64,000 nucleotides of DNA from a virus (Duplodnaviria > Caudoviricetes). The stretch spans positions 47,405 through 111,404 of the IMG/VR virus record IMGVR_UViG_3300034071_000801; one strand, given 5' to 3'. Numbering within the stretch: position 1 is the stretch's first letter; each line of letters opens with the position of its first letter. Made by a program: the position numbers and the translations under genes. Positions 1-8,796 of this stretch are shown one piece after another. The notes beneath the pieces were generated by a model. It worked only from the letters and a program-made list of their open reading frames with translations. It did not search any database and was not told the DNA's origin.

Positions 1-15
1 TTAAATCTTTTGATG

Positions 16-645
16 TCATATGTCAGTTCCTCCTTGTGGTTTTTGTGGTGCTACATTCACTGCAGCTCCATCATTAATTAATTCAATATAAGCTTCGAAA
101 GCTCTTTGGTTTAGATAGGTGACACTATTTTGCATGAATGTCATTCTATTACTATTGGTATCAATAGAACTTTCTTTCTTCTGTAAGAGTTCATAATTAA
201 GAGCACCTATCAGCTGTGCAGCTGTATATTCTCCTTCTAATAATATCTTATCAAATTTAAGTCTACATTCATCTTTACCCTTCCTAATAGATCTAGTACC
301 TGTAAACTTCTTATTCTTATACTCAAATGAATCAGTACCTGGATAAGTCTTCCACCATTCTTCAAAGTCTGTTGTAGCAGGCTTTCTTCTTATTATCTTT
401 GCAGTGCTCTTAGCATCTACAAATTCTAATAAATCTTTGCCTATTAATGTGAGCTTTTCATCATCTTTTGTTATAAGCCCTTTTCTTACTAAAGATTGAT
501 AGACAGAATCAATCTTCATACTTCCCTCACATAATGGAGAAATATCATATTGTTCGTCTATCAACTTTAATAAGAATATAACATCTAGATTATAACCTCT
601 CTTGATGAGCTCCTCGAATTGTTGAGGTTCTATGTTTATTTTCAT
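16..645 (-). CDS. Putative replication initiator/replisome organizer-like protein
   Basis: 209 aa; FEEWWKTYP and TYLNQRAFE motifs resemble the C-terminal domain of phage replisome organizers; near the DNA polymerase gene. Confidence 0.5.
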   Translation of the reverse strand: MKINIEPQQFEELIKRGYNLDVIFLLKLIDEQYDISPLCEGSMKIDSVYQSLVRKGLITKDDEKLTLIGKDLLEFVDAKSTAKIIRRKPATTDFEEWWKTYPGTDSFEYKNKKFTGTRSIRKGKDECRLKFDKILLEGEYTAAQLIGALNYELLQKKESSIDTNSNRMTFMQNSVTYLNQRAFEAYIELINDGAAVNVAPQKPQGGTDI

Positions 646-796
646 CTTTTGGTTTTATCACTTTAATTATTGCAGGCTTTCTACTCTTGGCTTTATGTTC
701 TGCTTCCCATTTATGCCATGAATCAACTATATCTCTTTCTCTTTCAAAAGCATATATGTGATCATTGGGATACTCATAATCCTCAAACCAATTCAT
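590..796 (-). CDS. Hypothetical protein
   Basis: 68 aa ORF packed between co-oriented neighbours. Confidence 0.55.
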   Translation of the reverse strand: MNWFEDYEYPNDHIYAFERERDIVDSWHKWEAEHKAKSRKPAIIKVIKPKDENKHRTSTIRGAHQERL

Positions 797-1059
797 TATT
801 CAACAGTTTTTCTTGGTCTTCCAACAGGTCTTTTAGCAACAGGTGTTGCAGATTCTGCAAGAGTTGATTTCTTCTTCTTGTTGTAATACTTCTTCTTCTT
901 CTTAGGTTTCTCCACTTCAGTAACAACAAATGTCACTTTTCTAGGTTGAAATAAAGGCGTATCCTCTTCTTCTTTAATTTCTGGTGCATTCTTGTATGCA
1001 AAATACAATGATAATATTGCTATAACAGCAATTGCTCCAATGATAATAGATAATTCCAT
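796..1059 (-). CDS. Small membrane-anchored basic protein with C-terminal AT-hook-like motif
   Basis: N-terminal hydrophobic helix (LSIIIGAIAVIAILSLYFAY), poly-Lys run, KRPVGRPRK. Confidence 0.65.
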   Translation of the reverse strand: MELSIIIGAIAVIAILSLYFAYKNAPEIKEEEDTPLFQPRKVTFVVTEVEKPKKKKKYYNKKKKSTLAESATPVAKRPVGRPRKTVE

Positions 1060-1064
1060 AATTG

Positions 1065-1322
1065 TTAAGATTTAATTCGCAATCCAAACTGAAGTGTGAA
1101 CCACCCAAATGTTTGTTCTGCTTTTGATTTGTTAAATTTAAAGATTTTTTTCATTAAAGGAATAGCATATGCTTTGAATTCCTCATGCTCAGCTGGAGTC
1201 ATTGTCCAGTTAAAGAACCACATATCATCAGATAGTGTATCCTCTAGGGTCTTACCAACCATATTTAGTTGGTATTCAACTAAATGTTTAGAGATGTTCT
1301 CACGATTGATTTTAGCTTTCAT
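1065..1322 (-). CDS. Hypothetical protein
   Basis: 85 aa, start overlaps the polymerase stop. Confidence 0.7.
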   Translation of the reverse strand: MKAKINRENISKHLVEYQLNMVGKTLEDTLSDDMWFFNWTMTPAEHEEFKAYAIPLMKKIFKFNKSKAEQTFGWFTLQFGLRIKS

Positions 1323-3286
1323 TAGAATAAATTTAATTGATTAGGTATAAATACCGTTTTTACTCTTCTGCCTTCAGTTTTAATCTTTAAGACTAATCTG
1401 TTAGCTTTTTCAATGTAGTAATCATAATTGACATTATCAACTTTACTACCTTTTGGTAAGAAATTACAAACTTTACATACCCACTCACCAGCTTCTACTT
1501 GACTTATTGCAGCAGCTCTGGTTTGACACTCTGGATTCTTAATCTTAAAGATCTTATCTCCTTCATTGGATACATAATAGCGTATGAGTTTATCATACAC
1601 TGTCTTCTCACCAGTTGACCTATTGGTCCCTTCATAGTGAAAACTCCTACTAGCTTTCTGTCTTAAGCAAAAATCATAAAGATTAGTGTGAGCACGAATT
1701 GTATGCTCAACAGGAGTACCATGTACAAAATAACTTTCAAGAGCAATAGGTATGATCCTAGCTGATTTGTTTTTATGTAATTCAAAATCAGTAAGGAAAT
1801 CACCTTTTTTCTTAATCTCTCCATTGGTCATAATTGCTAAATAGTCATTCACTGTACTAAAGATAATCTTGGAATAGTCTGTTCTCTCCAACTCATATTG
1901 AGTGATGTCACACCACCATGCATTGATTTCATGCATCAAAGGAATCATGTCTTTCTTAATCTTGATGGTTACACCATCCGTATTAGCAGAGATCACATGT
2001 ATGCCATTGGTTTCATATTTTTCAATAAGCATCATCAAGCTAAGCTCACCAGTAATTGTGGTGAACATAGTTAACTGCCTATCATATATCCAATTCTGCA
2101 TATCAGATGACTTACCATATACAGAGTTAACTGCAAGTTTAAGTGCTCCAACAATTCCTTTAATCTTCTTATCCTTCTTTGCAAAGGGTTTAAGCTCCAA
2201 TCTTTTATCAAACATCTGTTTGTATCCCCGAAGGAATTCCTTACCTAAATGGGCAGGAAACTTACCATTGTTGATAATGATAGCAGGATAATAACTAGAC
2301 ACATCCCAATCAATTATCTCATAGTCTTCATCAGCTTCGAAGATCTTAGGACCATTCTCTGTGTGAAGACCACCTTTCATAAAAGAATACACATTTCCGT
2401 GGAAATCTATATGCTCTTTGAAATCATCTTGCAGACCAAGCTGCATTTTATTAATCTTCTTTAAGAAGTCTTTTAGTTGTGGAGTTTCAAACTTTACATA
2501 CTTAGCAATGCAATTCTTTACATCAATGCTTTTTCTGAAATATCCTTTCTTAGGAAGTTCTCTGTATGTAATTCCTTTCTCTGAACAATAATACTTCTTA
2601 ATCATTTCATCCCCTATCTTAGAGTCTGAATAGTTCATACAAGGGATACCAAATTCAGCTTCAATATCTTGTCTCAGCTCTATTTGATTATTCCCTTTAT
2701 ACAGTGGATGATCTGTATCACCCATAGTTATCTTGTAGAATTCATAAGTTGCATCTACATCATTATAACAATAGTCAATGGTCATCTCCACTTCTTCTTT
2801 TGTCATATTAATTTTGGTATGATGTATAGGCATTTCTTCTATATTCTCAAGATCCATCTCAAACTCTAGTCTTTTAAGACTCACCATTCGATTCTTATTA
2901 TCATAGTGGTGTATCTTGAACAGATCTAATTGTTTGAGGCTTAATTCATGCTCTCTGTACTCAGGGAACACATCATAGTTAGCATCATGAATAACATCAG
3001 CAGCTTTCTGTGCTATTCTTGCACATATTTCTAAATTGCTTAACTCATGCCACTTATCGTAGTTTCTCAAGATCCATTCAACAACTTGACTGTCAAAGCG
3101 TAGATTATTATATCCTACCCAATAAGCATCAGCATGTTCTTCTGTATATCTAACGAATTTATCTAATTGATTCTTCCATTTAGACACTTGAAAGCTCTTA
3201 CCAGCTTTACCAGGCACCATACATACAACTAAGAATAGTTCTTGCATGGTCTCTATGTCATAAATTATTACGTCTTTGTTGTTCAT
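1322..3286 (-). CDS. DNA polymerase, family B, with 3'-5' exonuclease domain
   Basis: Exo motifs YDIET, YNNLRFD, YCYNDV; polymerase motifs DWDVSSYYP, KLAVNSVYG, SANTDG. Confidence 0.92.
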   Translation of the reverse strand: MNNKDVIIYDIETMQELFLVVCMVPGKAGKSFQVSKWKNQLDKFVRYTEEHADAYWVGYNNLRFDSQVVEWILRNYDKWHELSNLEICARIAQKAADVIHDANYDVFPEYREHELSLKQLDLFKIHHYDNKNRMVSLKRLEFEMDLENIEEMPIHHTKINMTKEEVEMTIDYCYNDVDATYEFYKITMGDTDHPLYKGNNQIELRQDIEAEFGIPCMNYSDSKIGDEMIKKYYCSEKGITYRELPKKGYFRKSIDVKNCIAKYVKFETPQLKDFLKKINKMQLGLQDDFKEHIDFHGNVYSFMKGGLHTENGPKIFEADEDYEIIDWDVSSYYPAIIINNGKFPAHLGKEFLRGYKQMFDKRLELKPFAKKDKKIKGIVGALKLAVNSVYGKSSDMQNWIYDRQLTMFTTITGELSLMMLIEKYETNGIHVISANTDGVTIKIKKDMIPLMHEINAWWCDITQYELERTDYSKIIFSTVNDYLAIMTNGEIKKKGDFLTDFELHKNKSARIIPIALESYFVHGTPVEHTIRAHTNLYDFCLRQKASRSFHYEGTNRSTGEKTVYDKLIRYYVSNEGDKIFKIKNPECQTRAAAISQVEAGEWVCKVCNFLPKGSKVDNVNYDYYIEKANRLVLKIKTEGRRVKTVFIPNQLNLF

Positions 3287-3314
3287 GTAATCTTATTTTA
3301 ATTTAAAAATTAAT

Positions 3315-3734
3315 TTATATTTTTTTAATTAAATTATTTACCAATTGCCATTCATGTTTGGTTGCTGATAATTTTTTACATAATGAATGTAAAGCATTTA
3401 AAGCATCGTCAACCCTTTGTTTTTTTGTATTGGAATTAGTTGTTGGTGTAATTGGTAATTTATCTGTTAAATCCCATTCTATTACAAGTCTGTCAGTAAC
3501 CCTACATTTTCTTTCTGATTTTTCGTAAACTACTCCTAAATCTCTTAATTGAGATAGTAATTTCCAAGCGTGTTTGACTTGAATTTGATTTTGGTCAATG
3601 TAGCTTTGTAGTTCTCCAGCAGTACAAGGCGAAGAATAAAGCATAGCATCTAATGTTCTTAATCTTAATTTTGAAAGTAATCCTTCTGCTTTAATTTGAT
3701 TGTAACAGTTAATGGAAGTTGTTCTTGTTCCCAT
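3315..3734 (-). CDS. Putative winged-helix DNA-binding protein
   Basis: 139 aa; PCTAGEL...LSQLRDLGVV...RKCRVT pattern resembles phage wHTH proteins. Confidence 0.5.
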   Translation of the reverse strand: MGTRTTSINCYNQIKAEGLLSKLRLRTLDAMLYSSPCTAGELQSYIDQNQIQVKHAWKLLSQLRDLGVVYEKSERKCRVTDRLVIEWDLTDKLPITPTTNSNTKKQRVDDALNALHSLCKKLSATKHEWQLVNNLIKKI

Positions 3735-3765
3735 AATCTTATTTGTTTTTAAATTATTTCTTCTT

Positions 3766-3963
3766 TCATTCTCTCGTTGTGTTTTTATGATCTCTCCAAT
3801 CTAACCAAAATCCTATTCCTACAATGATGTTCATACCAAATGAGGCAAGAATTTCTGTTATGTCTTCATAGATGTTAATAGATAGGTGGATATGTCCTAC
3901 CATCCAAAAAGGCATAGCAAGATTATTCGATATCCACCTAACTAAATAATTTATAAATTTCAT
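3766..3963 (-). CDS. Small membrane protein
   Basis: 65 aa with two hydrophobic segments; a TATCTTTG -7 element (3970-3977) lies just upstream. Confidence 0.6.
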   Translation of the reverse strand: MKFINYLVRWISNNLAMPFWMVGHIHLSINIYEDITEILASFGMNIIVGIGFWLDWRDHKNTTRE

Positions 3964-4010
3964 AGCCTACAAAGATAATTAAAAATGTTATATTATTCTA
4001 ACAATTTTAA

Positions 4011-4259
4011 TTAGACTGGTTTTAATTTACGATTGATAAATTCTCTTACTACCATTCTTGTGATATGTGGTATTCTTTTTGCTTCCAATTCATAATTGAT
4101 AATGTTCTCATACTCAGTCTTACTGATTGAATACATTATACCATTTTTACTACTTGGATTCTCTGATTTAAGAATGACAGATTGTGATTTCACTTTCTTA
4201 ATTATAAAATCTGCCACCTTTCTCTCGTGTGTGTGTTTATTTGCTACTGATAATTCCAT
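4011..4259 (-). CDS. Hypothetical protein
   Basis: Track ORF 4011-4301; the ATG at 4259 (MELSV) avoids overlap with the upstream gene. Confidence 0.55.
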   Translation of the reverse strand: MELSVANKHTHERKVADFIIKKVKSQSVILKSENPSSKNGIMYSISKTEYENIINYELEAKRIPHITRMVVREFINRKLKPV

Positions 4260-4261
4260 AT

Positions 4262-4741
4262 TTAAATTTCTTCTAATCCATCGTTTAATGTTACATCCCA
4301 ATCTTCTAGATCATCATCTTCTTGAAGAAAAGATAATATAACTTTATCTTCAATTAATGTTGGTTCTAATCCTTCTTCTTCATCATCTATATCAATAGAT
4401 AAGAATCCTTGTTCTTCTCTTAATACAAAATTAATATCATCTAATGTAATGTCTCTTAATTCATCAGTATCAGGACCATCATCCCACCAACCAATTTGAT
4501 CTTGATTTATTACTACTACTTCTGGATGATATTTTGTATAACTATCAATGATGATGATTAGTTCTACTGGTGCACCATTCTTGCTCATGAACTCATCCAT
4601 GTCTTCAGGAACTTCTTCAAGCTCCCATAGTTCAACATATGGTTCAATTACACCTACAGATATTCTGTTGACAAAGAGCATACCCTCCTCTAATTCAAGA
4701 GGAAGATAGCTTTTTAATGCAATTTCTGCTGTATACCACAT
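4262..4741 (-). CDS. Hypothetical acidic protein
   Basis: 159 aa, coupled to the upstream stop. Confidence 0.7.
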   Translation of the reverse strand: MWYTAEIALKSYLPLELEEGMLFVNRISVGVIEPYVELWELEEVPEDMDEFMSKNGAPVELIIIIDSYTKYHPEVVVINQDQIGWWDDGPDTDELRDITLDDINFVLREEQGFLSIDIDDEEEGLEPTLIEDKVILSFLQEDDDLEDWDVTLNDGLEEI

Positions 4742-5097
4742 TAGAACTCTCTCTTAGGTGCTGGTTCTGTAATTTGATATACACCATGTGAACTAGATAG
4801 TCTTAAAAGAATATGAAGCTGTTCAGCTTCTAAATAGTTTATCTCTTTCTTTGAGTTAATACCAATTAGCTCTATACCATTACCTGTGTCTACTAGCTGC
4901 ATAGCAACTGTTTTTCTTACATTCTCAGCCCATTCAATATAATCACTAAAATATAGTGTATGAACTGTAGCTTGTGGTGTAGCATCTAGTTTATGATAAT
5001 CATATTCATGTTTACCATTGATATAGATTTCTTCTCTGTATAACACATCACTTGTGTTATCAATTACATCTTGTATTTCTTTCTTTAATGTTGCCAT
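4741..5097 (-). CDS. Hypothetical protein
   Basis: 118 aa in a tightly packed operon. Confidence 0.7.
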   Translation of the reverse strand: MATLKKEIQDVIDNTSDVLYREEIYINGKHEYDYHKLDATPQATVHTLYFSDYIEWAENVRKTVAMQLVDTGNGIELIGINSKKEINYLEAEQLHILLRLSSSHGVYQITEPAPKREF

Positions 5098-5098
5098 G

Positions 5099-5398
5099 TT
5101 ATTGTTTGTTTACTAAGTTTAACGCTATTTGATGTCCTTCAAGAGCATCTTCATAAGATGTATATCTATCTTGATATTGGTCATGTTCTCCTCCAAATAT
5201 CATAGTTTCCCATAATACAGGAATATCACTATCCCAAGCATGATCAAGACCAAGAAACACTGTTGATATAAATATATCACCAATATGTTCTTGTTTTACT
5301 GCTTTTCTCTCTGGATTCTTCTCTAACCATTCTGCTGCTTCCATAATTGAAACAGATTTTACAGGTTTATTGTTCTCGTCTAATATATACCAAGCCAT
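5099..5398 (-). CDS. Conserved phage hypothetical protein
   Basis: ISTVFLGLDH...WETMIFGG...RYTSYEDALEGH pattern recognised from a widespread uncharacterised phage family. Confidence 0.7.
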   Translation of the reverse strand: MAWYILDENNKPVKSVSIMEAAEWLEKNPERKAVKQEHIGDIFISTVFLGLDHAWDSDIPVLWETMIFGGEHDQYQDRYTSYEDALEGHQIALNLVNKQ

Positions 5399-5400
5399 AA

Positions 5401-5706
5401 CTATTGAAATAAAGCTGTAGGTGCTCCTACGTTATACATTAACATTACATAAAATCTTATACAATGAATATTGATATCATCTGCTCTACCAAATGCTTCA
5501 GCAAGATCATTATTAACCACTGCTTGAGCAAAACTACCACCTGGATAACCTACACTCCATTTAGTACATAATATACTTGTACCAATATCAATAATGTGAT
5601 CTTTTTGTGAAATTTTTAGAAATAAAGCTAAATACTTATCTGCATATTTGTCAAAATAGTCAGAAACCACTGCTCTGACTATTTCTTGTTGTTGTTCTGG
5701 ATTCAT
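5401..5706 (-). CDS. Hypothetical protein
   Basis: 101 aa, PGGSFAQAVVNNDL...RAD motif; packed operon. Confidence 0.7.
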   Translation of the reverse strand: MNPEQQQEIVRAVVSDYFDKYADKYLALFLKISQKDHIIDIGTSILCTKWSVGYPGGSFAQAVVNNDLAEAFGRADDINIHCIRFYVMLMYNVGAPTALFQ

Positions 5707-5969
5707 AATTCTGATGTTAATTTTTTAATGTTATTAAGGATTTGTTCAATTGTTAATTCTTCTTCTACTACTAGATGTTTAAGTGATTCAGGATATGGAT
5801 AATTATAACTTCTACCATCAGGAAATCTTATTTGAGTTACATTATGATCTTGAAATGTTATTTTTCCAACAACACCTTCATATGGTTGCATATGAGGCAT
5901 ATAAGTTGGATAACCACTAAACTTAAAGCCTTTCATTTCTTTTCCTATAAGTGAATCTTTATCTTCCAT
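5703..5969 (-). CDS. Hypothetical protein, paralog of 5973-6269
   Basis: Shares N-terminal IGKE..F.F and C-terminal LTI..LL...K.LTS with its neighbour. Confidence 0.7.
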   Translation of the reverse strand: MEDKDSLIGKEMKGFKFSGYPTYMPHMQPYEGVVGKITFQDHNVTQIRFPDGRSYNYPYPESLKHLVVEEELTIEQILNNIKKLTSEL

Positions 5970-5972
5970 GAT

Positions 5973-6269
5973 TTATATTTTTGACGTTAGCATCTTCATA
6001 GTGTTTAGAAGATCATCAATTGTTAAATTCTCAAGCTCTTTTGCTTCTAATTGCTCAATGATACCTGCTACAGGATAATGTGATGTCTCTTTTTTACCAA
6101 TTGGTAAAGTGATTTCTACAAGAGCAAATTGTGGATAAGAAGAATTTATATTTAGAACAATAGCATTTTTACCACATAATTGTTTATGAGTATTTGAGTA
6201 TGATAGTAAGTTTTCACTTTTAAACTCAAAACATTCTATCTCTTTACCGATTATATCTTTAGCTTCCAT
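5973..6269 (-). CDS. Hypothetical protein, paralog of 5703-5969
   Basis: Same shared motifs as 5703-5969. Confidence 0.7.
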   Translation of the reverse strand: MEAKDIIGKEIECFEFKSENLLSYSNTHKQLCGKNAIVLNINSSYPQFALVEITLPIGKKETSHYPVAGIIEQLEAKELENLTIDDLLNTMKMLTSKI

Positions 6270-6271
6270 AA

Positions 6272-6505
6272 TTAATATCCTGCTAATTTAGATATGGCAC
6301 CTTCATTACTCAATACATAAGCAAGATCGTCTTCTTGTTTAGGTGTAAGAGTTTTGATTGTAGAGATCAAATTGATTCTACTGTAGGTGATGTCTTCACC
6401 ATATAAGTTTACAAGATTGCTTCCAATCTCTTTTATCTTATTGTAATTAAATACTGTTACAGGTTCACCTTGGTCATCCTGCCATTTTCCGTTGATTATA
6501 CGCAT
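6272..6505 (-). CDS. Hypothetical protein
   Basis: 77 aa, packed operon. Confidence 0.65.
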   Translation of the reverse strand: MRIINGKWQDDQGEPVTVFNYNKIKEIGSNLVNLYGEDITYSRINLISTIKTLTPKQEDDLAYVLSNEGAISKLAGY

Positions 6506-6510
6506 AATTT

Positions 6511-6747
6511 CTATTTTATATTTGTTAAGGGATAAGAGTTTAAGATGGAATCTTTATCAATTACTTTTTTTACAAGCATTGATGAATCATTTCCTCTATA
6601 TGTTTTTTTAGTTTTAGCTTTTTCAACAGCTTCTTTCAAAGCTGCTTCTACATGTAGTTTTGCAAATTCAATCAACGCTAAGTGATGATTAACAGGACTA
6701 TGTGTATGTTTGAATTTCATAAAAAATTCTTCTGCTGTTGGTATCAT
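6511..6747 (-). CDS. Hypothetical phage protein
   Basis: IPTAEEF...EFAKLHVEAAL...IDKDSILNSYPL pattern recalled from Bacteroidota phages. Confidence 0.7.
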   Translation of the reverse strand: MIPTAEEFFMKFKHTHSPVNHHLALIEFAKLHVEAALKEAVEKAKTKKTYRGNDSSMLVKKVIDKDSILNSYPLTNIK

Positions 6748-6752
6748 AACTT

Positions 6753-6992
6753 TTAGTCTTTTTGATTTTCTATAACTTTCTCTATAATTTCATCATATAT
6801 GGCATCACTAATCAAATCAATGATCTCACTGCCATCTACTTGTACTGATTCTAATTCAAACTCAGCATCGTATCCTGGATAACCTTCCATATTACCATCA
6901 TACATTTCTCTTGGTTCTTCTGGATGATATGTTCCACTCACTGTTACATATACACCACCTACGGTGATACCTATTTCTATTTCTTTACTCAT
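6753..6992 (-). CDS. Hypothetical acidic protein
   Basis: 79 aa, packed operon. Confidence 0.65.
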   Translation of the reverse strand: MSKEIEIGITVGGVYVTVSGTYHPEEPREMYDGNMEGYPGYDAEFELESVQVDGSEIIDLISDAIYDEIIEKVIENQKD

Positions 6993-7198
6993 TTGTTTTT
7001 TAAATTATACCATTTTTGATTCTCTTTTTGTATCTCATAACGTTTAACATATTCCATTTTAACATTTGTTTCAACAGATACATCACGTATAACAGCTCTT
7101 AATAGTTTCTTGATGTTGTCTACACCTCCAAATCTTTCTATTTCATTTGGAGATACTTTTATATCAAGTTGTCTTGATTTTACATCTGAAGGTTTCAT
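6989..7198 (-). CDS. Hypothetical protein
   Basis: Track ORF 6989-7243; the ATG at 7198 (MKPSDVK) follows the upstream stop directly. Confidence 0.6.
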   Translation of the reverse strand: MKPSDVKSRQLDIKVSPNEIERFGGVDNIKKLLRAVIRDVSVETNVKMEYVKRYEIQKENQKWYNLKNK

Positions 7199-7199
7199 C

Positions 7200-7565
7200 T
7201 TATTTCTTTTTAAATTGTTCAAACCATTGGTTAAAATCTTCATTACTTAATGTTTCATATTTAGAAAGTATTCTAACTACATCTAATTGACTATAACTTC
7301 TTTCTTGTTGCTTATTATGTCCATATTTCTCAATAAGTCTTATTGCTGAAGCATCTGATTTTGCAAGTAATAAAAATTTTATATCTTCCAACAACGCTTC
7401 TTCAAGAGTGGTTTCTTGTTTAGGTTTCTTTTCTAGTGATTCCATTAGTTTAAGTTTACATTTTTGACATTGTAATGCATCTATAAATCCTGTAGAGATA
7501 ATAGTTCTACATGTATGACAGAGAGTTGCCCCTCTGCCATTATTAAACTTGTGTATAGGTTTCAT
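7200..7565 (-). CDS. Hypothetical protein with N-terminal Cys4 zinc-binding motif
   Basis: CHTC...CQKC; likely start ATG 7565 (MKPIHK). Confidence 0.6.
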   Translation of the reverse strand: MKPIHKFNNGRGATLCHTCRTIISTGFIDALQCQKCKLKLMESLEKKPKQETTLEEALLEDIKFLLLAKSDASAIRLIEKYGHNKQQERSYSQLDVVRILSKYETLSNEDFNQWFEQFKKK

Positions 7566-7566
7566 A

Positions 7567-7941
7567 TTATTTGTGAAATTCAATTAAATATCCTTCGAAT
7601 ATAATAAGTCTAAGACATGTATCATCATCAAATAGTTGTAATGTAATACTCACACCATCTGTATCAACACATTCAATCATTTGAAATCCATCTCCATTTA
7701 CTGTTTTACCATCTTTGGCACCAGTAATTTGATGTAGCCTTTTAATCTTACCACTGGTGTAGTAGATTACAATGTCTTTCACATTATCAGCATTGAATAC
7801 AACAGTGATTTCTGATTGTACCCATGGTTGTAATACACCTTTCTCTTTAGTAATATAAGAGGTGTATTTCTTAACAAATGTATCTTGTGCAGATACTGTT
7901 ATGCTCAATGTTAGTAGAGCTCCTAATAATAGTTTTTTCAT
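7567..7941 (-). CDS. Exported protein with Sec signal peptide
   Basis: MKKLLLGALLTLSITVSA|QDT: basic n-region, hydrophobic core, VSA cleavage site, Gln at +1. Confidence 0.7.
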   Translation of the reverse strand: MKKLLLGALLTLSITVSAQDTFVKKYTSYITKEKGVLQPWVQSEITVVFNADNVKDIVIYYTSGKIKRLHQITGAKDGKTVNGDGFQMIECVDTDGVSITLQLFDDDTCLRLIIFEGYLIEFHK

Positions 7942-7944
7942 AAT

Positions 7945-8064
7945 CTATTTATTTACAGATTTAGGTGTACACACATGTCCATCACTCCATTTGATTCCTG
8001 GAGGTGGTGTTGTTTCTGATGAGCTGTATTTTGTACCACACTCACTACATTCAAATTTATTCAT
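7945..8064 (-). CDS. 39-aa putative zinc-binding peptide (not in ORF track)
   Basis: Hand translation MNKFECSECGTKYSSSETTPPPGIKWSDGHVCTPKSVNK*; CxxC and HxC; fills the gap between neighbours. Confidence 0.6.
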   Translation of the reverse strand: MNKFECSECGTKYSSSETTPPPGIKWSDGHVCTPKSVNK

Positions 8065-8245
8065 CTGATGCTAAAAATAATGTTATTATAAAAGATATAA
8101 ACATATAACCTCTAACTACTCCCCATTCAATATTCACTGGAAGAATGCTCCATGTTATAAAACATGCTATTAGATATATAAATAAACAAATAGCCAATGG
8201 TAGTGTTATAAAAAATCCTAAATAAATACTACAAAACTTTTTCAT
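8057..8245 (-). CDS. Small two-helix membrane protein
   Basis: 62 aa, two long hydrophobic segments. Confidence 0.6.
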   Translation of the reverse strand: MKKFCSIYLGFFITLPLAICLFIYLIACFITWSILPVNIEWGVVRGYMFISFIITLFLASDE

Positions 8246-8310
8246 AATTTCTTTTGTTAATGATTAAACAATTAGGCTCCTGCTATTACACAAGAGCCCT
8301 TTTGCCCTCC

Positions 8311-8457
8311 TTAATAACCCAACTGATGAAGTTGGTTTATATTGGCTTCTACAATATACACACCCTGTGATATTGTACATGCAAACGCTATACTCATTGC
8401 GAATGCTAATTGTCTGAACTGATAAAACTCAGTTGGTTTCATTTGAATTGTTTTCAT
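8311..8457 (-). CDS. 48-aa hypothetical protein (not in ORF track)
   Basis: MKTIQMKPTEFYQFRQLAFAMSIAFACTISQGVYIVEANINQLHQLGY*; preceded by the TCCTTAATAA motif and an A-rich leader. Confidence 0.6.
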   Translation of the reverse strand: MKTIQMKPTEFYQFRQLAFAMSIAFACTISQGVYIVEANINQLHQLGY

Positions 8458-8488
8458 TGTTATTTATTATTAAGGATTAATACATAAT

Positions 8489-8518
8489 AAGAAAAGCCCC
8501 TATGTTAATAGAGGCTTT
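8489..8518 (-). terminator. Intrinsic terminator closing the RNA operon
   Basis: Minus strand AAAGCCTCTAT-TAAC-ATAGGGGCTTT followed by TCTT. Confidence 0.65.
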
Positions 8519-8677
8519 AATAGGACCTTCTCCCTTGGGAGATGTCAATTGTTGAGATTAGGAACATTTCTTCCCTATAAGTACTCAACTCCTTCTCTGC
8601 GTGGAAAGGACTTAACATTCGTGATGTGCAAACTATCCAATGTCTGTTACTGTGCTATTTGCGTCAAGTAACTGCTG

Positions 8678-8746
8678 TGATTGAGACAGGATTCGAACCT
8701 GTGTGTAAGGATATATGTCCATCGCATACCATTCTGCCACTCAATC
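8678..8746 (-). tRNA. tRNA-like element (pseudo-tRNA, anticodon undetermined)
   Basis: Acceptor stem GATTGAG/CTCAATC, D arm GCA-GAATGGTA-TGC, T arm ACAGG-TTCGAAT-CCTGT; anticodon arm ATGGA-CATATA-TCCTT has only a 6-nt loop. Confidence 0.75.
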
Positions 8747-8796
8747 TAGTGGAGGTGGGGAGATTCGCATTTTGTTAATAACTTGTTGTCACATTA

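Noticed and set aside
670-2869. Plus-strand ORFs such as 670-867, 1096-1344 and 1902-2291
   Set aside because: Antisense shadows of polymerase-region genes with non-ATG starts; the same applies to similar short antisense ORFs elsewhere
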